Position numbers and translations under genes: made by a program. Below are positions 6,333-9,381 of a DNA stretch of 9,381 nt, in pieces; positions within the stretch are counted from its first letter, which is position 1, and every line of letters begins with the position of its first letter. The stretch is from the IMG/VR virus record IMGVR_UViG_2534682159_000017. One strand, 5' to 3'. This stretch comes from a virus. Taxonomy: Duplodnaviria > Heunggongvirae > Uroviricota > Caudoviricetes. A model generated the notes under the pieces. That model ran no database searches. It was not told the origin of the DNA and saw nothing but the letters and a program-made list of their open reading frames with translations.

Positions 6333-6406
6333 GCGGGTCCTCCTGGTGGGGTGGGCCTGAACACGGGGCGGGCGGGCGCGGAAAAAGGCGCATTTTTTGA
6401 TTTTTA
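6327..6406 (+). repeat. Conserved ~80-bp GC-rich box, copy A (TTTTTTGCGGGTCCTCCTGGTGGGGTGGGCCTGAACACGGGGCGGGCGG...GCATTTTTTGATTTT)
   Basis: Near-identical to 8865-8943 apart from 2-3 small indels or substitutions. Begins in the T-tract of the terminator. Ends in a second short GC hairpin (GCGC-loop-GCGC) plus a T-run. Confidence 0.9.
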
Positions 6407-6761
6407 TGGCACCATCACCACCACTATAAGTTATTGATATATTGAAGAATAAAAATTTTTAGTGTCGAATCAGGTTGTTTTTTGTTCATCACTGGATCGT
6501 TCCCGAAAGCATTTACAAAAAAACAGGCGCAAAAAAAGCGCCCCCGATTGCTGTTACCGGAGGCGCTTTTACACGACAAAGGAGTTTTTATCGCCAGGAT
6601 GACGAGTCTTAATATTGCTTCAATAGCAAAAATGCGTCAATGGCTTTGCCTCTCTGAGAATAATCAGAAAAATCATAATCTGATTTTATGGTAGAAAATG
6701 ATTTATCTATTACTTTTATCGATCAATAATGATGCCCGTTAATCAAAACGGAGGCGGATTT

Positions 6762-6956
6762 ATGCCAGAGAACAACACCAGAAAGCCGGATAAAAGTGCC
6801 ACGGTACACATAGACGCCGGAACTATGGAGAAGATCGAACGCTATCAGCAGTTCATCAAAGATAATCACCCGGGTATGCCAGTGCCCACGAAAGGACAAA
6901 TCACACGCAGCGCGGTTGAATACTGGTACAGGGCAACGTTAGGAGCCTGGCTATGA
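6762..6956 (+). CDS. Small protein with a possible ribbon-helix-helix-like fold, translationally coupled to the protease-capsid gene (64 aa from the ATG at 6762; the track ORF begins at 6729)
   Basis: SD GGAGG (6750-6754) 7 nt before the ATG at 6762. Stop overlaps the capsid-gene start (ATGA at 6953-6956). Fold call rests only on the pattern SATVHIDAGTMEKIERY...GQITRSAVEYWY and is weak. Confidence 0.5.
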   Translation: MPENNTRKPDKSATVHIDAGTMEKIERYQQFIKDNHPGMPVPTKGQITRSAVEYWYRATLGAWL

Positions 6957-8842
6957 AAACATGGTTTTCCATTAAGGCTATGGCAGATGTTGTACATGTG
7001 CGCATTTATGACGAGATCGGCGGGTACGGTGTAAAAGCATCGGCACTTACTGACGAGATCAACGCGTGTGGTAATGCGTCTGAAATCCATCTTCGCATCC
7101 ATTCACCTGGTGGCGACATCTTTGAAGGGCTGGCTATCTATAACGCTCTGAAAAATCATCCGGCAAAAAAAATCGTACACATTGAAGGCATGGCGGCTTC
7201 TATGGCGTCGTTTATTGCCATGTGTGGAGATCACATCGTTATGCCTGAAAACGCGATGATGATGATACATGCCCCCCGTGGTGTTACTGCCGGAGTGTCG
7301 GGCGACGTTCGCCGCTTTGCTGATCTGATGGACAAGCTGGGCGACACGATGGCAGAAACCTATGCCGGAAGAACGGGCAGGAGCAAACAGGAGATCACCT
7401 CAATGATGGAGGCGGAAACCTGGATGGATGGCAATGAGTGTAAGGCTAACGGCTTCGCAGATGAGGTTATACCCGCGATTACAGCAATGGCCCGAATTGA
7501 ATCAAAACGAATCGGAGATTTTTCAAATATGCCGGAAAAAATTAAAAGCATGATCAGCCAGAAAACTGGCAGTGGCGAACAGGAACGACTTAACGGAATC
7601 CGTGAATTGTTTGGCACCTTCAACGGAAGATATAACGACCTGGCTATAAGTTGTCTTGCGGATTCAGAATGTAGCGTTGAGAATGCACGCGAACGCCTTT
7701 TACTCGCTATGGGTAAAGAATCAACGCCAACAAACAAAACCACCCCCGCAAATCTTTACTACGCGTACACGGATAACGGCAATATAACTGGCGATGCCAT
7801 GCGTCAGGGGCTTAATGCGCGTCTTGGTCACGAACGGGCCGAACGCGGTAATCCTTACGCCATGATGAGTCTTTTCGATATGGCACAGGCATCATTAACC
7901 CATCGTGGTATAAGCACGGGCAGCTACAGCACACGCTCGCAGATAGTAAACGCGGCATTCACCCACAGCAGCAGCGATTTTACCGATATCCTTGCTGGTG
8001 GCGCTGAAAAATCAGTGCTTGCAGGCTGGGAGCACAGCGGCGAAACATTCCGCCAGTGGACGAAAAAAGGTTCCCTTTCAAACTTCCGGGAAGCCCGCCG
8101 CGTTGGTATGAATGGCTTCTCAACGTTAAACAAAGTGCCGGAAGGGGCAGAATATAAATACATCACCACCAGCGATCGCGGTGAACCCATCGCGCTGGCT
8201 ACTTACGGGAATATTTTCAGCATTACCCGCCAGGCGATAATCAATGATGACCTTGATCAGTTATCAACGGTGCCAATGGCTATGGGCCGTGCAGCATCAA
8301 GAACGGTGGGAAATCTGGTTAATCTGGTGCTTACAGGCAACGTAAAACTTTCTGACGGAATAACGCTGTTTGACAAAAAACACAGCAACCTGATTGAAGC
8401 AGGACTGACAACACCGGGACTTAGTGCAGCACGTCACCTGATGCGCACACAGAAGGACAAAAATGGCGAAGTGCTGAATATTGCGCCTAAATTCCTTTTA
8501 GTTCCGGCAGCACTGGAAGATCGCGCGTTGCAGATGATTAACTCAACCGCACCTTTCGGGGCTGATAAAAACAGCGGGATCTTTAACCCGTACCACAAGC
8601 TACTTGATATCATCGTCGATCCCCGCCTTGATGATATCAGCGAAAAACAATGGTACATGCTTTCCGCACAGGGAACGGACACAATCGAGGTGGCTTATCT
8701 TGATGGCAATGACGAGCCTTACCTTGAACAGCAGGAAGGTTTTATCGTTGACGGCGTGGCCTGGAAAGTCCGTATTGATGCAGGTGTGGCAGCTCTGGAT
8801 TATCGCGGTATGGTCAAATCAGGCGGTACCGATTCACTATGA
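6953..8842 (+). CDS. Fusion protein: ClpP-like (S14) prohead serine protease, N-terminal, joined to an HK97-fold phage major capsid protein, C-terminal
   Basis: 629-aa ORF; SD AGGAG (6941-6945) 7 nt before the ATG. ClpP active-site signatures GMAASMAS (Ser83, codon 7199-7201) and MMMIHAPRG (His106) match ClpP GQAASMG and MIHQP. The C-terminal ~350 aa have capsid-like composition and length. Terminator immediately downstream. Confidence 0.88.
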   Translation: MKTWFSIKAMADVVHVRIYDEIGGYGVKASALTDEINACGNASEIHLRIHSPGGDIFEGLAIYNALKNHPAKKIVHIEGMAASMASFIAMCGDHIVMPENAMMMIHAPRGVTAGVSGDVRRFADLMDKLGDTMAETYAGRTGRSKQEITSMMEAETWMDGNECKANGFADEVIPAITAMARIESKRIGDFSNMPEKIKSMISQKTGSGEQERLNGIRELFGTFNGRYNDLAISCLADSECSVENARERLLLAMGKESTPTNKTTPANLYYAYTDNGNITGDAMRQGLNARLGHERAERGNPYAMMSLFDMAQASLTHRGISTGSYSTRSQIVNAAFTHSSSDFTDILAGGAEKSVLAGWEHSGETFRQWTKKGSLSNFREARRVGMNGFSTLNKVPEGAEYKYITTSDRGEPIALATYGNIFSITRQAIINDDLDQLSTVPMAMGRAASRTVGNLVNLVLTGNVKLSDGITLFDKKHSNLIEAGLTTPGLSAARHLMRTQKDKNGEVLNIAPKFLLVPAALEDRALQMINSTAPFGADKNSGIFNPYHKLLDIIVDPRLDDISEKQWYMLSAQGTDTIEVAYLDGNDEPYLEQQEGFIVDGVAWKVRIDAGVAALDYRGMVKSGGTDSL

Positions 8843-8846
8843 CAAC

Positions 8847-8870
8847 AAGGCGGCACCAGCCGCCTTTTTT
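8847..8870 (+). terminator. Rho-independent terminator
   Basis: Stem AAGGCGGC (8847-8854), loop ACCA, stem GCCGCCTT (8859-8866), T-run 8865-8870; 5 bp after the capsid stop. Confidence 0.8.
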
Positions 8871-8943
8871 GCGGGTCCTCCTGGTGGGGTGGGCCTGAAC
8901 ACGGGGCGGGCGGCGCGGAAAAAAACGCATTTTTTTGATTTTA
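8865..8943 (+). repeat. Conserved ~80-bp GC-rich box, copy B
   Basis: Direct repeat of 6327-6406, in the same position relative to a terminator. Confidence 0.9.
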
Positions 8944-9099
8944 TCGTCATCATCATCATGTTCGTAAGTGATTGTTTTTAATTGCTTTGATGTAAAAAAG
9001 ATGATGAAGAAGGTTGTTTTTTGTTCGACATCTTTTAGCGTGACAGATTCTTTACAAAAAATCTGAGCTTGTTTTCTTCACCAGCGCGATGGGGGCACA

Positions 9100-9381
9100 A
9101 TGACAGAAGCCGAAATACTGGGATTAATCCGCCGCGTCGCCGGAATCAGCCAGCAGGTTGACGAACAGGCCACACAGCCGGACAGCATGACCGCAGATAA
9201 TTATGTGCGTGTAGTGGTGGAGGTGATGCGCCGTGATGGTATAGAACTTAATGGCGTTGATATGCGCGACATACGGATCCGCGTTCTTGAAATGCTGGCC
9301 TACAATCGCCGTGTAGAGATGTACAGGGAGAAAGAGAAAATTACGTACAACTGGAAGAAGCCGGAGCGGTTACGGCGGTAA
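9100..9381 (+). CDS. Hypothetical protein (93 aa), first gene after the capsid gene; possibly a head-completion or connector-type protein
   Basis: SD GGGGG 5 nt before the ATG; complete ORF with stop TAA at 9379-9381. Functional guess is from position in the morphogenesis module only. Confidence 0.55.
   Translation: MTEAEILGLIRRVAGISQQVDEQATQPDSMTADNYVRVVVEVMRRDGIELNGVDMRDIRIRVLEMLAYNRRVEMYREKEKITYNWKKPERLRR

Larger units (their letters stand above)
1..9381. mobile_element. Left portion of an integrated phage satellite / phage-inducible chromosomal island (integrase, AlpA, Rep plus iteron origin, capsid module); both ends lie outside the window
   Basis: Gene content and order: P4-type integrase, AlpA, RepA-like ATPase followed by iterons, then protease-capsid gene. 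No tail, lysis or large replication gene set seen. Classification as a capsid-forming PICI-like satellite is inference from module order. Confidence 0.65.

Noticed and set aside
6333-6392. GC box as a P2/P4-type cos site or a host REP-type repeat
   Set aside because: From memory it does not match the P2/P4 cohesive-end sequence or the E. coli REP palindrome consensus. A packaging site would not be expected twice in direct orientation 2.5 kb apart. Left as an unassigned repeat.
6460-6480. GTCGAATC resembling a tRNA T-loop (possible tRNA fragment or att core)
   Set aside because: No flanking complementary T-stem, no acceptor stem, and absent from the second copy of the region. The real integration tRNA is presumably upstream of position 1.
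6482-6694. 70-aa + ORF in the capsid-operon leader
   Set aside because: No SD; Lys-rich, low-complexity translation; sits in a region better explained as promoter and leader.
7360-8981. ORFs antisense to or trailing the capsid gene (7360-7743, 7924-8190, 8434-8682, 8604-8981, 6866-7102)
   Set aside because: Shadow ORFs opposite the protease-capsid gene. 8604-8981 runs through the terminator and GC box.

Overview
This 9.4 kb window reads as the left arm of an integrated phage satellite (phage-inducible chromosomal island type), probably from an enterobacterial host; that host assignment is inference only. Gene order on the + strand: P4-type tyrosine integrase (1-1242), AlpA-family regulator (1739-1945), a five-gene translationally coupled operon (2631-5582) ending in a RepA-like AAA_25 replication ATPase, an iteron-type origin (5586-5784), a PerC-family regulator (6031-6303), then a capsid module with a ClpP-like prohead protease fused in one ORF to an HK97-fold major capsid protein (6953-8842). 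One gene is on the - strand: a 58-aa Arc-like ribbon-helix-helix protein (2328-2504) transcribed divergently from the operon. The most interesting unexplained structures are: (i) the compact divergent promoter/operator switch around 2490-2556, whose 8-mer TGTATACC recurs in tandem palindromes upstream of alpA; (ii) an internally duplicated ORF (2631-3191) that carries a duplicated ribosome-binding site; (iii) an ~80-bp GC-rich box, each copy directly behind a terminator, bracketing the capsid gene. No tRNA, rRNA or CRISPR array was seen. All protein family calls come from motifs read by eye; no database search or folding was run.
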